From positions 59,990 through 123,989 of the forward strand of contig CAZJVY010000001.1 in assembly GCA_964549395.1 (NCBI GenBank): DNA of 64,000 nucleotides, read 5' to 3'. Origin of the DNA: an uncultured Armatimonadia bacterium (GTDB lineage Bacteria > Armatimonadota > Zipacnadia > Zipacnadales > UBA11051). This document shows, one piece after another, positions 1 to 11,833 of the stretch (the stretch's first letter is position 1; each line of letters begins with the position of its first letter). Made by a program: the position numbers and the translations under genes. Under the pieces are notes generated by a model. It saw nothing but the letters and a program-made list of their open reading frames with translations, was not told where the DNA came from and searched no databases.

Positions 1-1
1 A

Positions 2-265
2 TACGAGGCAGCGTTGGCATTCGGTGTGAGCCTGGGCGTGGCGATCGCGGTTCTATCGGCGGCGATGGCACAGGCGAAGGCGGCGGTGGCGGCGATGGAG
101 GCGGTCGCCCGTCAGCCCGATATGGCCGGCAACATCCGTGGGCTATTGCTTCTCACCCTCGCCTTGATCGAGTCGCTGGTCATCTACTGTCTGATCGTGT
201 TCTTCACGCTGCAGGGCAAGCTGGCACCGGTAGCCGAGATGGTGCGCACGCAGGTCGGCGGATAA
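2..265 (+). CDS. atpE: ATP synthase Fo subunit c (5'-truncated at window edge)
   Basis: Hydrophobic hairpin with RQP loop and ion-binding IESLVIY. The frame is open to position 2 (YEAAL...), so the true start lies upstream. Precedes atpF. Confidence 0.95.
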   Translation, partial: YEAALAFGVSLGVAIAVLSAAMAQAKAAVAAMEAVARQPDMAGNIRGLLLLTLALIESLVIYCLIVFFTLQGKLAPVAEMVRTQVGG

Positions 266-286
266 GAGAGGGCCTGGGGTTGACCA

Positions 287-823
287 ATGGCGTCCATACT
301 GGAGCAGCTAGGGATAGAACCTGGCGCCATAGTCGTGAACATAGTCGGCTTCCTGATACTCCTCTACCTGTTGCGGCGGTTTGCTTTCGGGCCGATTAGC
401 AGCTTCATGGAGGAGCGGTCCGCAAGGATCGAGGCGGACCTGCGGAAGGCCGAGGAAGACCGTATGGCGGCGGCGGCGGAGCGGCAGCATCTGCAGGAGC
501 AGCTTGACGGGATGCGTGACCAGTTCAGGCATGAGATCGCTCGGGCCACGCGGGAGGCGAAGCAGGCCATGTCCGACCTGCACGGGGAAGCGCGGGCGCA
601 GCGCCAGCAGATGATCGCTCAAGGCGAGGAGGAGCTGCGGCGGAGCCGGGATGCGATGCTGGCCGAGTTGAAACAGCAGGTAGCTGAGATGGCGGTGGAG
701 GTGGCGGCGAAGGTGGTCAAGGATGCGCTGGACGAGCAGCGCGACGCGGCGCTGATTGATGCCTTCATCGCCGATGTGAACCGCATGGCGGCCGAGATGC
801 CGGAGGACGAACCGGCGCGGTGA
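287..823 (+). CDS. atpF: ATP synthase Fo subunit b
   Basis: N-terminal TM helix (NIVGFLILLYLL..FAFGPI), then a long charged coiled coil; operon position. Confidence 0.93.
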   Translation: MASILEQLGIEPGAIVVNIVGFLILLYLLRRFAFGPISSFMEERSARIEADLRKAEEDRMAAAAERQHLQEQLDGMRDQFRHEIARATREAKQAMSDLHGEARAQRQQMIAQGEEELRRSRDAMLAELKQQVAEMAVEVAAKVVKDALDEQRDAALIDAFIADVNRMAAEMPEDEPAR

Positions 824-872
824 CGGGGCCGGCAGCCAATGCGGTGTCGGCAGTGTCTGAGAGGCCCGTGTT

Positions 873-1418
873 ATGCCTGTGGACAGTCTGACGAAAAGAT
901 ATGCACGGGCGCTATACGCCAAGGCGGCGGAGCGCTCGGAACAAGGTGCCATCCATGCGCGGCTGCAGGCGACGGAGGCAGCGGTGCGCGCGGAGCCCCG
1001 CCTACTGGAGATGCTGAAGCATCCAGGGCTGCCGGTGGAGCGCAAGGTGCGGATGCTGCAGCAGGTGGTCGGCGGCGACGCGCAGGGGCGAGAAATGTTT
1101 GAGCGGTTCCTAACGCTGGTGCTGACGAAGGGACGGCAGCACGTGTTGGAAGCTGCAGCAGAAGCATTTCTCGAATTATGGGATGCGGATCGGAATGTGG
1201 TGAGGGCGGAAGTGGCTACGGTATCGGCCCTGTCAAGCATTCAGATGCAGAAGCTGCAGCAGGCGCTTGCGGAGCTGACCGGCAGCAGTGTTGAGCTCGA
1301 TGTGAGTATTGACCGGTCGCTAATCGGCGGAGTTGCGGTGCGACTGGGCGATAGGGTCATTGATGGCACGATCAGGGGTAAGCTGACGAGGCTGTCCGAG
1401 AGGCTGCAGCGCCATTGA
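873..1418 (+). CDS. atpH: ATP synthase F1 subunit delta
   Basis: RYARALY N-terminus and D.SLIGG...R.GD.VIDGTIRGKL C-terminus typical of delta/OSCP. Confidence 0.93.
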   Translation: MPVDSLTKRYARALYAKAAERSEQGAIHARLQATEAAVRAEPRLLEMLKHPGLPVERKVRMLQQVVGGDAQGREMFERFLTLVLTKGRQHVLEAAAEAFLELWDADRNVVRAEVATVSALSSIQMQKLQQALAELTGSSVELDVSIDRSLIGGVAVRLGDRVIDGTIRGKLTRLSERLQRH

Positions 1419-1483
1419 GGCAGATGGACGGGCGCAGGCCGGCACGGCTGAACCGGCGGACGTGAAGTCACATGTTGAGGTGA

Positions 1484-3061
1484 TTGGTCTTGCGGGCGAA
1501 ACCCGATGAAGTGTCGGCCATATTGAGGGACGAATTACAGAGGCTGGAGAGCCAGATCGAGATGGTGGGCGTCGGCACCGTCATCGAGATCGGCGACGGC
1601 ATCGCCCGCGTTTACGGGCTGGCGGACGTGATGGCGGAGGAACTGGTGGAGTTCCCCGGGGGCCTGATGGGGATCGCCTTGAACCTCGAAGAGGACAACG
1701 TCGGTTGCATCCTGATGGGGCCCTACGACCACGTCAAAGAGGGCGACCAGGTGCACACCACGGGCCGTATCGCCGAGACGCGAGTGGGCGATGAGCTGTT
1801 CGGGAGAGTGGTAACGCCGCTGGGCGAGCCGCTTGATGGCAAGGGCGCGGTGGTGAGCAAGCAGACGCGGCCGCTTGAGATCAAGGCTCCCGGGGTGATC
1901 AAGCGCCAGCCGGTCAAGGAGCCTCTGCACAGCGGCCTGAAGGCGATTGACTCGATGATACCCATCGGTCGCGGCCAGCGCGAGTTGATTATCGGCGACC
2001 GGCAAACGGGCAAGACGGCAATCGCCATTGACACCATCATCAGCCAGCGCGAGACGGACGTGAAGTGCGTGTACGTGGCCATCGGGCAGAAGGTTTCGGC
2101 AATCCGGCGGATCGCCGCCATTCTAGATGAACATGGGGCGTTGGAGTACACGTGCGTGGTGGCCGCATCGGCGTCCGATCCGGCTGCAGTGCAGTACATC
2201 GGGCCGTACGCAGGTTGTACTATAGGCGAATACGTCCGCGACAACGGCGGACACGCCCTGGTCGTCTATGATGACCTGACCCGCCATGCCAAGGCGTACC
2301 GGGAAGTGAGTCTGCTGCTGCGTCGTCCGCCGGGGCGCGAGGCCTATCCGGGCGACATCTTCAACCTACATTCGCGGCTGTTGGAGCGTGCGGCGAAGAT
2401 GAGCGATGAGGAGGGGGGCGGCTCACTGACCGCGCTGCCGATCATCCAGACGGAGGAGGGCGACTACGCCGCATACATCCCGACTAACCTCATCTCGATA
2501 ACCGACGGCCAGATCTATTTGGAGCCGGAGCTGTTCTATGGCGGCATTCGGCCGGCCGTCAGCGTGGGGCTGAGCGTTTCACGCGTCGGGGGGAATGCGC
2601 AGACGCAGATGATGCGGAAGGTGGCGGGGCGGCTGAAGCTCGACCTGGCCTCATATCGTGAATACCGAGCCTTCTCCCAGTTTGCCTCGGATCTGGACGA
2701 AGCGACGCGGAAGATCCTGAGCCGTGGAGATCGCATGACGGAGGTACTCAAGCAGGACCAGTACGTGCCGATGCCGCCGGCCCGGCAGGTCATCGCCATC
2801 TTCGCCGGCACGCACGGCTACTGGGATGACGTGAAGCTGGAGGCGATCACGAAAGTGGAGGCGCAACTGCTGAGCTTCCTGCATGAGCGGTATCCTGAGC
2901 TAGAGAGCCGGTTGCGGCAACAGAAGGAGCTTACGGACGACCTGGCAGAGCACCTGTCAGTGGCGTTGGATGATTTCAAGCGGAAGTTGCACGAGGAGTA
3001 TTTCGATCGGGAAAGCGAACCGACGTGTCCGTTCGTAGCCGAAGTCGAAAGCGCTGAGTAG
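1484..3061 (+). CDS. atpA: ATP synthase F1 subunit alpha
   Basis: GDRQTGKT Walker [22 protein letters not shown]; TTG start after GAGGTG RBS. Confidence 0.98.
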   Translation: MVLRAKPDEVSAILRDELQRLESQIEMVGVGTVIEIGDGIARVYGLADVMAEELVEFPGGLMGIALNLEEDNVGCILMGPYDHVKEGDQVHTTGRIAETRVGDELFGRVVTPLGEPLDGKGAVVSKQTRPLEIKAPGVIKRQPVKEPLHSGLKAIDSMIPIGRGQRELIIGDRQTGKTAIAIDTIISQRETDVKCVYVAIGQKVSAIRRIAAILDEHGALEYTCVVAASASDPAAVQYIGPYAGCTIGEYVRDNGGHALVVYDDLTRHAKAYREVSLLLRRPPGREAYPGDIFNLHSRLLERAAKMSDEEGGGSLTALPIIQTEEGDYAAYIPTNLISITDGQIYLEPELFYGGIRPAVSVGLSVSRVGGNAQTQMMRKVAGRLKLDLASYREYRAFSQFASDLDEATRKILSRGDRMTEVLKQDQYVPMPPARQVIAIFAGTHGYWDDVKLEAITKVEAQLLSFLHERYPELESRLRQQKELTDDLAEHLSVALDDFKRKLHEEYFDRESEPTCPFVAEVESAE

Positions 3062-3066
3062 CCACG

Positions 3067-5383
<2,317 letters not shown>

Positions 5384-5394
5384 GCGAGGCGGCG

Positions 5395-5835
5395 ATGGGC
5401 ACAACTGGCGAATTGACAGTTGAGATTGTGACCCAATCTGGTGTAGAATACCAGGGGCCGGTTGATGGAGTGGTGGCTCCCGGGACGCGCGGCTATCTGG
5501 GCGTGCGTATCGGTCATGCACCGCTGCTGAGCAGTCTCAGTACCGGCCTGGTGACTCTCCACTGTGCCGATGGCGACACGTTCATTGCCGTTACCGGTGG
5601 TATGATGGAGGTATTCGACAATCGGGTCACGGTACTGGCCGATGCGGCGGAACGAGCCGCAGAGATTGACATAGGCCGGGCGCGGCGGGCGATGCAGCGA
5701 GCCAAGGAGCGGCTGGCGGCTGCATACACGCCCGATGGAAGACGCGAGGTTGATCCGGAACGCGCGCGAATGGCACTGGCCAGGGCGCTGAACCGATTGC
5801 ATACGGCCGAAAAAGCAGGTCTCCTGGGCTCCTAG
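5395..5835 (+). CDS. atpC: ATP synthase F1 subunit epsilon
   Basis: G.LGV..GHAPL, GGMMEV.DN.VTVLADAAE, IDIGRA. Confidence 0.95.
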   Translation: MGTTGELTVEIVTQSGVEYQGPVDGVVAPGTRGYLGVRIGHAPLLSSLSTGLVTLHCADGDTFIAVTGGMMEVFDNRVTVLADAAERAAEIDIGRARRAMQRAKERLAAAYTPDGRREVDPERARMALARALNRLHTAEKAGLLGS

Positions 5836-5920
5836 CAGGTGCGCAGCCGTTGGATCGCATTCGAGGCAGTGTTCGCAGCTTATTGGCAGGTAATGACCGA
5901 CGCCGGGAGGGAGAGAGATC

Positions 5921-7219
5921 GTGGCTCGCGTCAGGATACATGGCGGCAACCCCCTGCATGGTGACGTAACCGTCAGCGGCTCCAAGAACGCCAGTCTGCC
6001 GCTGCTGGCGGCTGCGCTGCTCATCGAGGGCCAGAGCATCATCGAGAACGTTCCCCGCATTGACGACATTGACGCAATGATACACATGCTTCGCTCGCTG
6101 GGCGCCAAGTGCGAATTCATTGATAGCTCGGCGCTCAGCATTGACGCAGCGGACATCAAGTCTCTCAGCGCCCCGTACGATCTTGTTCGCAAGATGCGGG
6201 GCTCTTTTTATGTGGCCGGAGCGCTGCTGGGGCGATTTGGGGAGGCGGAGGTACCGCTGCCGGGCGGCTGCGTGATAGGCTCGCGGCCGGTGGATTTCCA
6301 CCTTAACGGCTTCAAGGCACTCGGAGCCGTGGTGCAGGAACGCCACGGAGTGATGCGGGCACAGGCGGAGAAGCTAACCGGCGCGCACATCTACATGGAC
6401 AGCCGCTACCGCAGTGTGGGCGCCACCGTCAACGTGATGCTCGCGGCGACACTGGCCGACGGCGTGACGGTAATCGAGAACGCGTCACGCGAGCCGGAGG
6501 TGCTGTGCTGCCAGCAGTTCCTGGAAGATGCCGGTGCCGACATCCGCGGCATCGGTACGGACATACTGGTGATACGGGGAGTGGAGAAGCTAGATGGGCA
6601 GCGGTTCCGGTCGATTCCGGATCGCATGGAGGCGGGGACGTTCCTCATGGCAACGGGAGCCGCCAGGGGAGATGTTACGGTACACTCCGTCGAGCCACGG
6701 CACATGACGACAGTGCTGGAAGTTCTGCGGGCTGCGGGCTTGCAGGTTGATGTGGACACAGATTCAGTGCGGGTGAGATCGGAGGGCCGCCCGCGAGCCT
6801 TTGAGGTGACGACGGCTCCGTATCCCGGATTCCCGACCGACCTGCAGCCTAACGCCAGCGTGCTGGGAGCGGTGGCGGTGGGAACGACGGTAATCGAGGA
6901 GACCATTTTCGACGCCCGGTTCAACTATGTGGATGAGCTGAACCGCATGGGCTCCGACATTCAGTTGAAGGACAGCGTGGCAATCATCAGAGGCGTGCCG
7001 AAGCTGTACGGCGCGCCGGTGGAAGCCACCGATATTCGCGCGGGCTCGGCGCTGGTGATCGCGGGACTGGCAGCCGACGGGTACACGGAGATCAGCGGGG
7101 CGGAGTTCCTGGCTCGTGGATATGAGAACTTGGAGGGCAAGCTGCAAGGTCTGGGCGCAGTGATAGAGAGCGCACGAAACGCAGAGGACGACAAGGCACG
7201 GAATGCTTGGAATCGGTGA
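5921..7219 (+). CDS. murA: UDP-N-acetylglucosamine 1-carboxyvinyltransferase
   Basis: SGSKNA, LPGGCVIGSRP (active-site Cys), PYPGFPTDLQ, ATDIRAG. Confidence 0.97.
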   Translation: MARVRIHGGNPLHGDVTVSGSKNASLPLLAAALLIEGQSIIENVPRIDDIDAMIHMLRSLGAKCEFIDSSALSIDAADIKSLSAPYDLVRKMRGSFYVAGALLGRFGEAEVPLPGGCVIGSRPVDFHLNGFKALGAVVQERHGVMRAQAEKLTGAHIYMDSRYRSVGATVNVMLAATLADGVTVIENASREPEVLCCQQFLEDAGADIRGIGTDILVIRGVEKLDGQRFRSIPDRMEAGTFLMATGAARGDVTVHSVEPRHMTTVLEVLRAAGLQVDVDTDSVRVRSEGRPRAFEVTTAPYPGFPTDLQPNASVLGAVAVGTTVIEETIFDARFNYVDELNRMGSDIQLKDSVAIIRGVPKLYGAPVEATDIRAGSALVIAGLAADGYTEISGAEFLARGYENLEGKLQGLGAVIESARNAEDDKARNAWNR

Positions 7220-8237
7220 ACGGATCGGGATTGACCTGGGCACAGCCAGTATCATCGTATTTGCTCGCGGGCGTGGGATCGTAGTCCGCGAGCCTTCCGT
7301 CGTGGCCATTGACGGGCAGAGCAAGCGAGTGCTGGCGGTCGGCCATGAAGCCCGTGAGATGCTGGGGCGCACGCCCGGGAACATCGTGGCGATGCGGCCG
7401 CTGCGAGACGGGGTAATCGCCGACTACTCGGTGACGCGGGAGATGCTGCGTTACCTGATCCGCAAGGCGTGCGGCGGACGGGCGAAGTTCTTCAAACCGC
7501 TGGTGGTCATCTGCATCCCCTCAGGTGCGACGGCGGTGGAGGAACGAGCGGCGTTGGAAGCCGCTCGCGCCGCCGGAGGACGGAAAGTGATCCCCATCGA
7601 GGAGCCGATGGCCGCCGCAATCGGCGTGGGGCTGCCGATTGCCAATCCGGGCGGGAACATGGTGGTTGACATCGGCGGCGGGACCACCGACATTGCCGTC
7701 ATTTCGCTGGGCGGGACCGTGGTGAGCAACTCGCTGCGGGTCGGCGGGACGGCGCTGGACGAGGCGATAATCCGCCACATCCGGCACGTGTACAACCTCG
7801 ACATCGGTGAGCGGACCGCCGAGACGATCAAGCAGGAGATCGGGTCGGCGTTCGAGCTTGAGGAGGAGAGCGAGATGGAGGTGCGGGGCCTGGACATCAT
7901 CTCCGGGCTGCCGAAGACGGTGGAGGTCAACTCGCACGAAGTCCGCGAGGCGATGGCGGAGAACATAAGCCAGATTGTGGAGGCCGTGAAGGGCCTGCTT
8001 GAGCGCACGCCCCCGGAGCTGGCCGCCGACATCATCGAGCGCGGGATAACTCTGACCGGCGGCGTGGCTCTACTGCGGGGCCTGGACCGGTTGCTTTACC
8101 TGGAGACGGGGATTCCCGTACACGTGCCCGAGGACCCGATCTCTTCAGTGGCGATGGGCACCGGCAAGGTGCTGGACCAGTTGGATGTCATGGAGCGGAT
8201 GAGCAGCCGCCTGACCACGCGGCGCACGTGGCACTGA
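7203..8237 (+). CDS. mreB: MreB/Mbl-family actin-like rod-shape protein
   Basis: GIDLGT, EPSVVA, RPLRDGVIAD, EEPMAAAIG, DIGGGTTD, LTGG; overlaps the murA 3' end. Confidence 0.95.
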   Translation: MLGIGERIGIDLGTASIIVFARGRGIVVREPSVVAIDGQSKRVLAVGHEAREMLGRTPGNIVAMRPLRDGVIADYSVTREMLRYLIRKACGGRAKFFKPLVVICIPSGATAVEERAALEAARAAGGRKVIPIEEPMAAAIGVGLPIANPGGNMVVDIGGGTTDIAVISLGGTVVSNSLRVGGTALDEAIIRHIRHVYNLDIGERTAETIKQEIGSAFELEEESEMEVRGLDIISGLPKTVEVNSHEVREAMAENISQIVEAVKGLLERTPPELAADIIERGITLTGGVALLRGLDRLLYLETGIPVHVPEDPISSVAMGTGKVLDQLDVMERMSSRLTTRRTWH

Positions 8238-8246
8238 AGGGCGCGC

Positions 8247-10925
8247 CTAATCCCTGTCGGCTTCGTCGCGGAGTTCCTTGAGCTTGACGAGGGCCTCGAG
8301 CGGCGACATCGTGTCCGGATCAATCTCCTTGAGCTTCTCCACCACCGGATCGCGCACCCCCTCGAACAAACGCAACTGCACCGTCGGAGCCACCTTGCCC
8401 GCCGCGTCGCGGCTGGGAGCAGCGACGATATCCTCCTGTTCGAGGGTGTGAAGTACCTCTCTGGCCCGCTCGATGACCTCATGTGGCAGGCCGGCCAGGC
8501 GCGCCACCTGTATCCCGTAGGAGCGGTCCGTGCCCCCGGGGACGATCTTGCGCAGGAAGATGATGTCATCGCCCTGTTCCTTGACCGTCACCCGCAGGTT
8601 CTGGACGCCATCGAGCAGCTCAGTAAGCTCATTGAGATGGTGATAGTGGGTGGCAAAGAGCGTCTTGGCGCCGATGTGCTTGACGATGTACTCGGCCACA
8701 GCCCAAGCCAACGACATGCCGTCGAAGGTTGATGTGCCACGGCCGATCTCATCGAGGACAATCAGGCTGCGGTCGGTGGCGTTCTGGAGGATGTTGGCGG
8801 CCTCGGTCATCTCGACCATGAAGGTTGACTGGCCGGTGGCGAGGTCGTCACTGGCCCCGACGCGGGTGAATATGCGGTCAACAAGGCCGATGGCAGCCGA
8901 GCGTGCGGGAACGAATGAGCCCATCTGCGCCATCAGGACGATGAGCGCCACCTGCCGAAGGTAAGTGGACTTGCCGGCCATGTTCGGCCCGGTGACTATC
9001 AGCAGTTGGCTGCGCTCGCAGTCAAGCTCGGCGTCGTTGGGGACGAAGCGCTCATCCGCCTGCATCTGCTCCACGACGGGATGACGGCCATCAACTATGT
9101 GCAGGCGGGCGGATTGGTCCACCTGGGGCCTGACATAGTTGTGCTTGACGGCGGCATCGGCAAGCGACACAAGCATGTCGAGTTGGGCGATGGCGCGTGC
9201 GGTGGACATGATCCGCTCCGCTTGCTGAGCCACCTGGTCGCGCAACTCGACGAAAAGCTGGTACTCCACCTCCTGGCCGCGCTCGTCGGCGCCAAGCACC
9301 CTGGCCTCCTGCTCCTTGAGTTCCGGTGTGATAAAGCGTTCGGCGTTGACAAGCGTCTGCTTGCGCTGATAGTCGTCGGGAACCAGGTTGAGGTTGGCCT
9401 TGCTGACCTCTATGTAGTAGCCGAAGACCTTGTTGTAGCCGACCTTCAGGGACTTGATGCCGGTGCGGGCGCGCTCACCGTCCTGCAGTTGGGCGATCCA
9501 TTCGCGACCGTGTGCGGCCCCACGGCGGAGTTCGTCGAGGTCCGGGTTGTAGCCGTCGCGGATGATGCCTCCCTCGGTTATCACAACCGGCGGGTCGTCA
9601 ACAATCGCGCGCTGGAGAAGCGAGGTGACATCGTCGAGCACGTCAATGCGAGTGGATATGTCCTGCAAGAGGGGGGCCTCGGCAGCGCTCAACTCGTCAC
9701 AGATGGCGGGCAGTTGCTGCAGGGAAATGCACAGAGCGCGCAGGTCCTTTCCATTGGCGGTGCCGGCGGTAGCACGGGTAGCCAGCCGCTCCAGGTCATA
9801 GATTTCGTGCATGCTCTGGCGGAGCTGGCCCGCCAGGATGGTATTGCTGACGAGATTCCCAACGGCGTCCAGTCTCGCGTTCATCCGGTCCATGTCCAGG
9901 AGCGGCTGCAGGAGGGCGTCGCGCAACATCCTGGCGCCCATCGGGGTCTGGGTGCTGTCGAGCAGTGCCAGAAGGGTGCCGCGTTTGCCGCCGTCGCGCA
10001 GGGAGGCGACCAACTCCAGATTGCGGCGAGTGGAGGCATCTATGACCATGAAATCGCTCGTGGAATACGTCGCAATGCCCGCGAGACGAGGCATGGTTTG
10101 TAGCTGGGTGGCCTTGAGATAGCGCAAGGCCTGAGCCGCGGCCATGATGGCCGCAGGCTTGTCTTCGCAGCCGAAGCCGCGCAGCGTGGTGACGCCGAAG
10201 TGCTCCTGCAGTTGCCGGGCCGGCGATTCAAATGCCTCATCGTCACCGGCGACAGTAATGGGAACGCTGACGGCTTTGTGCAGTGCCGAGCGCGCCTGCT
10301 CGTCGGCGTCAATGGCGGGGCTGATGAGCACCTCGGCCGGCTGTAAGCGCACGATTTCATCAATTGCCGCGGCCAGAACGGGGTCCATTCCCTTTGTGGT
10401 AATTTCGGGCAAGGTGGGCGCGGAGGAAGATCCTGGGACCGCTCCCGGCGAATCGATCTGCGTGACGAGGAAGTCGCCTGTGGATGCGTCAACGGTAGCG
10501 ATGCCATAGGCACCGGCCAGGCTGTCGAGGGACGCGAGGAAGTTGTGGGCGCTGCTGCCAATGATGTGGTCGTCGAGGACCGTGCCCGGTGTCATGACAC
10601 GGGTCACCTCGCGGCGTACCAGGCCCTTGGCTTGCTTGGGGTCCTCGACCTGCTCACATATCGCGGCGCGATAGCCTTTCTGAAGCAGCGTCCTGAGGTA
10701 GCGGTCAATCGCGTGATGGGGCACGCCGCACATGGGCATGCGGCCCTTGTTGCCCATCTGCCGGCTGGTAAGGGTAAGCTCCAGTGCGCGGGCACCGACT
10801 TCGGCGTCGGGGCCGAACATCTCATAGAAATCGCCCATGCGGAACAGGATCAGGACATCGGGGTAGTCCCGTTTCGCCTGGGCCCATTGCCTGTACATTG
10901 GGGTCAAATCGGCGTCATTCAGCAT
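8247..10925 (-). CDS. mutS: DNA mismatch repair protein MutS
   Basis: TPM..Q, GDFYEMF, TGPNMAGKST, DEIGRGTST, FATHYH, SYGIQVA, C-terminal QLRLF clamp motif; ATG at 10925. Confidence 0.97.
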   Translation of the reverse strand: MLNDADLTPMYRQWAQAKRDYPDVLILFRMGDFYEMFGPDAEVGARALELTLTSRQMGNKGRMPMCGVPHHAIDRYLRTLLQKGYRAAICEQVEDPKQAKGLVRREVTRVMTPGTVLDDHIIGSSAHNFLASLDSLAGAYGIATVDASTGDFLVTQIDSPGAVPGSSSAPTLPEITTKGMDPVLAAAIDEIVRLQPAEVLISPAIDADEQARSALHKAVSVPITVAGDDEAFESPARQLQEHFGVTTLRGFGCEDKPAAIMAAAQALRYLKATQLQTMPRLAGIATYSTSDFMVIDASTRRNLELVASLRDGGKRGTLLALLDSTQTPMGARMLRDALLQPLLDMDRMNARLDAVGNLVSNTILAGQLRQSMHEIYDLERLATRATAGTANGKDLRALCISLQQLPAICDELSAAEAPLLQDISTRIDVLDDVTSLLQRAIVDDPPVVITEGGIIRDGYNPDLDELRRGAAHGREWIAQLQDGERARTGIKSLKVGYNKVFGYYIEVSKANLNLVPDDYQRKQTLVNAERFITPELKEQEARVLGADERGQEVEYQLFVELRDQVAQQAERIMSTARAIAQLDMLVSLADAAVKHNYVRPQVDQSARLHIVDGRHPVVEQMQADERFVPNDAELDCERSQLLIVTGPNMAGKSTYLRQVALIVLMAQMGSFVPARSAAIGLVDRIFTRVGASDDLATGQSTFMVEMTEAANILQNATDRSLIVLDEIGRGTSTFDGMSLAWAVAEYIVKHIGAKTLFATHYHHLNELTELLDGVQNLRVTVKEQGDDIIFLRKIVPGGTDRSYGIQVARLAGLPHEVIERAREVLHTLEQEDIVAAPSRDAAGKVAPTVQLRLFEGVRDPVVEKLKEIDPDTMSPLEALVKLKELRDEADRD

Positions 10926-10978
10926 GTCTGCAACCAATCATGTGCATTAGCTTACAGCTACGGTCGGGCAATCGTCCG

Positions 10979-11779
10979 TCAGTGTTCAGAAGGCGCCAGG
11001 TGGCCGGTCTGTTCGAGGTATTCGAGGTAGTCGGCCATTGCGTCCATTGCGCCCTCCAGGTTGGTCACCGCCTCCTCGATCATTTCGATGCCGATGTCGG
11101 CGCCGAGGCCGCTGCGCGGCGGCTGGTGCTGCAGGTCGTCAGTGTAGTGATAGCCGACTCTGCCGAAGCTGAGCGCACGTGCGACAACCTCCGGCATGTC
11201 GCGGCCCTGCTCAGCGGCGTAGAGGTCTTCAAGTGCCGTGGAGTCGGGGATGAGGTCCTCCCATCCCAGCAGCTTCATGGCCCCATAGGACATGCAGGCT
11301 TCCTTGAAGGCGTCATCGAAGTTCGGGATGCGCGCGGCCCACTTGTCCATGTCAACTCTGTGGTAGGGATTGAGCATCATGGCCGGTATGCGTTCCCACT
11401 GCCAGAGCTCGCGCAGGGCCTCGCCGATGCTGCAGCCATTGGGACCGTGAACGGAGACACAGAAGATCCGCCGGAAGCCGGTGTTCCATAGTTCGCGGAC
11501 CATCGCCCTGGTCAACTCCATCTGCAGGGAGGGAGGAATCTGTATGGTGGGCTTGTAGCCGGCGGTGGCTCCAGCGAAGTTGTAGGTGACAGGCGGCAGG
11601 CATATACCGCCGGTACGCTCGGCGAGCAGCATGGCAGCAGCCGTGGCGATATACCAGTCGCAGCCCAGCGGCATGTGGTTCCCGTGGCCCTCGGTGGGCC
11701 CCTGCGGCAGGAACACGATATCGGTGGCGGCCATCGCCGCTTCCGCTTCGGCCAATGTCATCTGATCAAGACGCTTCAT
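10979..11779 (-). CDS. Creatininase (creatinine amidohydrolase)-family protein
   Basis: P.G.TEGHG.H.PLG.D and HG.N motifs of the creatininase fold; substrate not assignable. Confidence 0.8.
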   Translation of the reverse strand: MKRLDQMTLAEAEAAMAATDIVFLPQGPTEGHGNHMPLGCDWYIATAAAMLLAERTGGICLPPVTYNFAGATAGYKPTIQIPPSLQMELTRAMVRELWNTGFRRIFCVSVHGPNGCSIGEALRELWQWERIPAMMLNPYHRVDMDKWAARIPNFDDAFKEACMSYGAMKLLGWEDLIPDSTALEDLYAAEQGRDMPEVVARALSFGRVGYHYTDDLQHQPPRSGLGADIGIEMIEEAVTNLEGAMDAMADYLEYLEQTGHLAPSEH

Positions 11780-11833
11780 ACGTGTGCCTTTCCGGTGCGA
11801 GTTACGGCATGGGGCCGCAGATTGGCTGCCGGT

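Noticed and set aside
9006-10103. 365-aa plus-strand ORF
   Set aside because: Antisense shadow of mutS.
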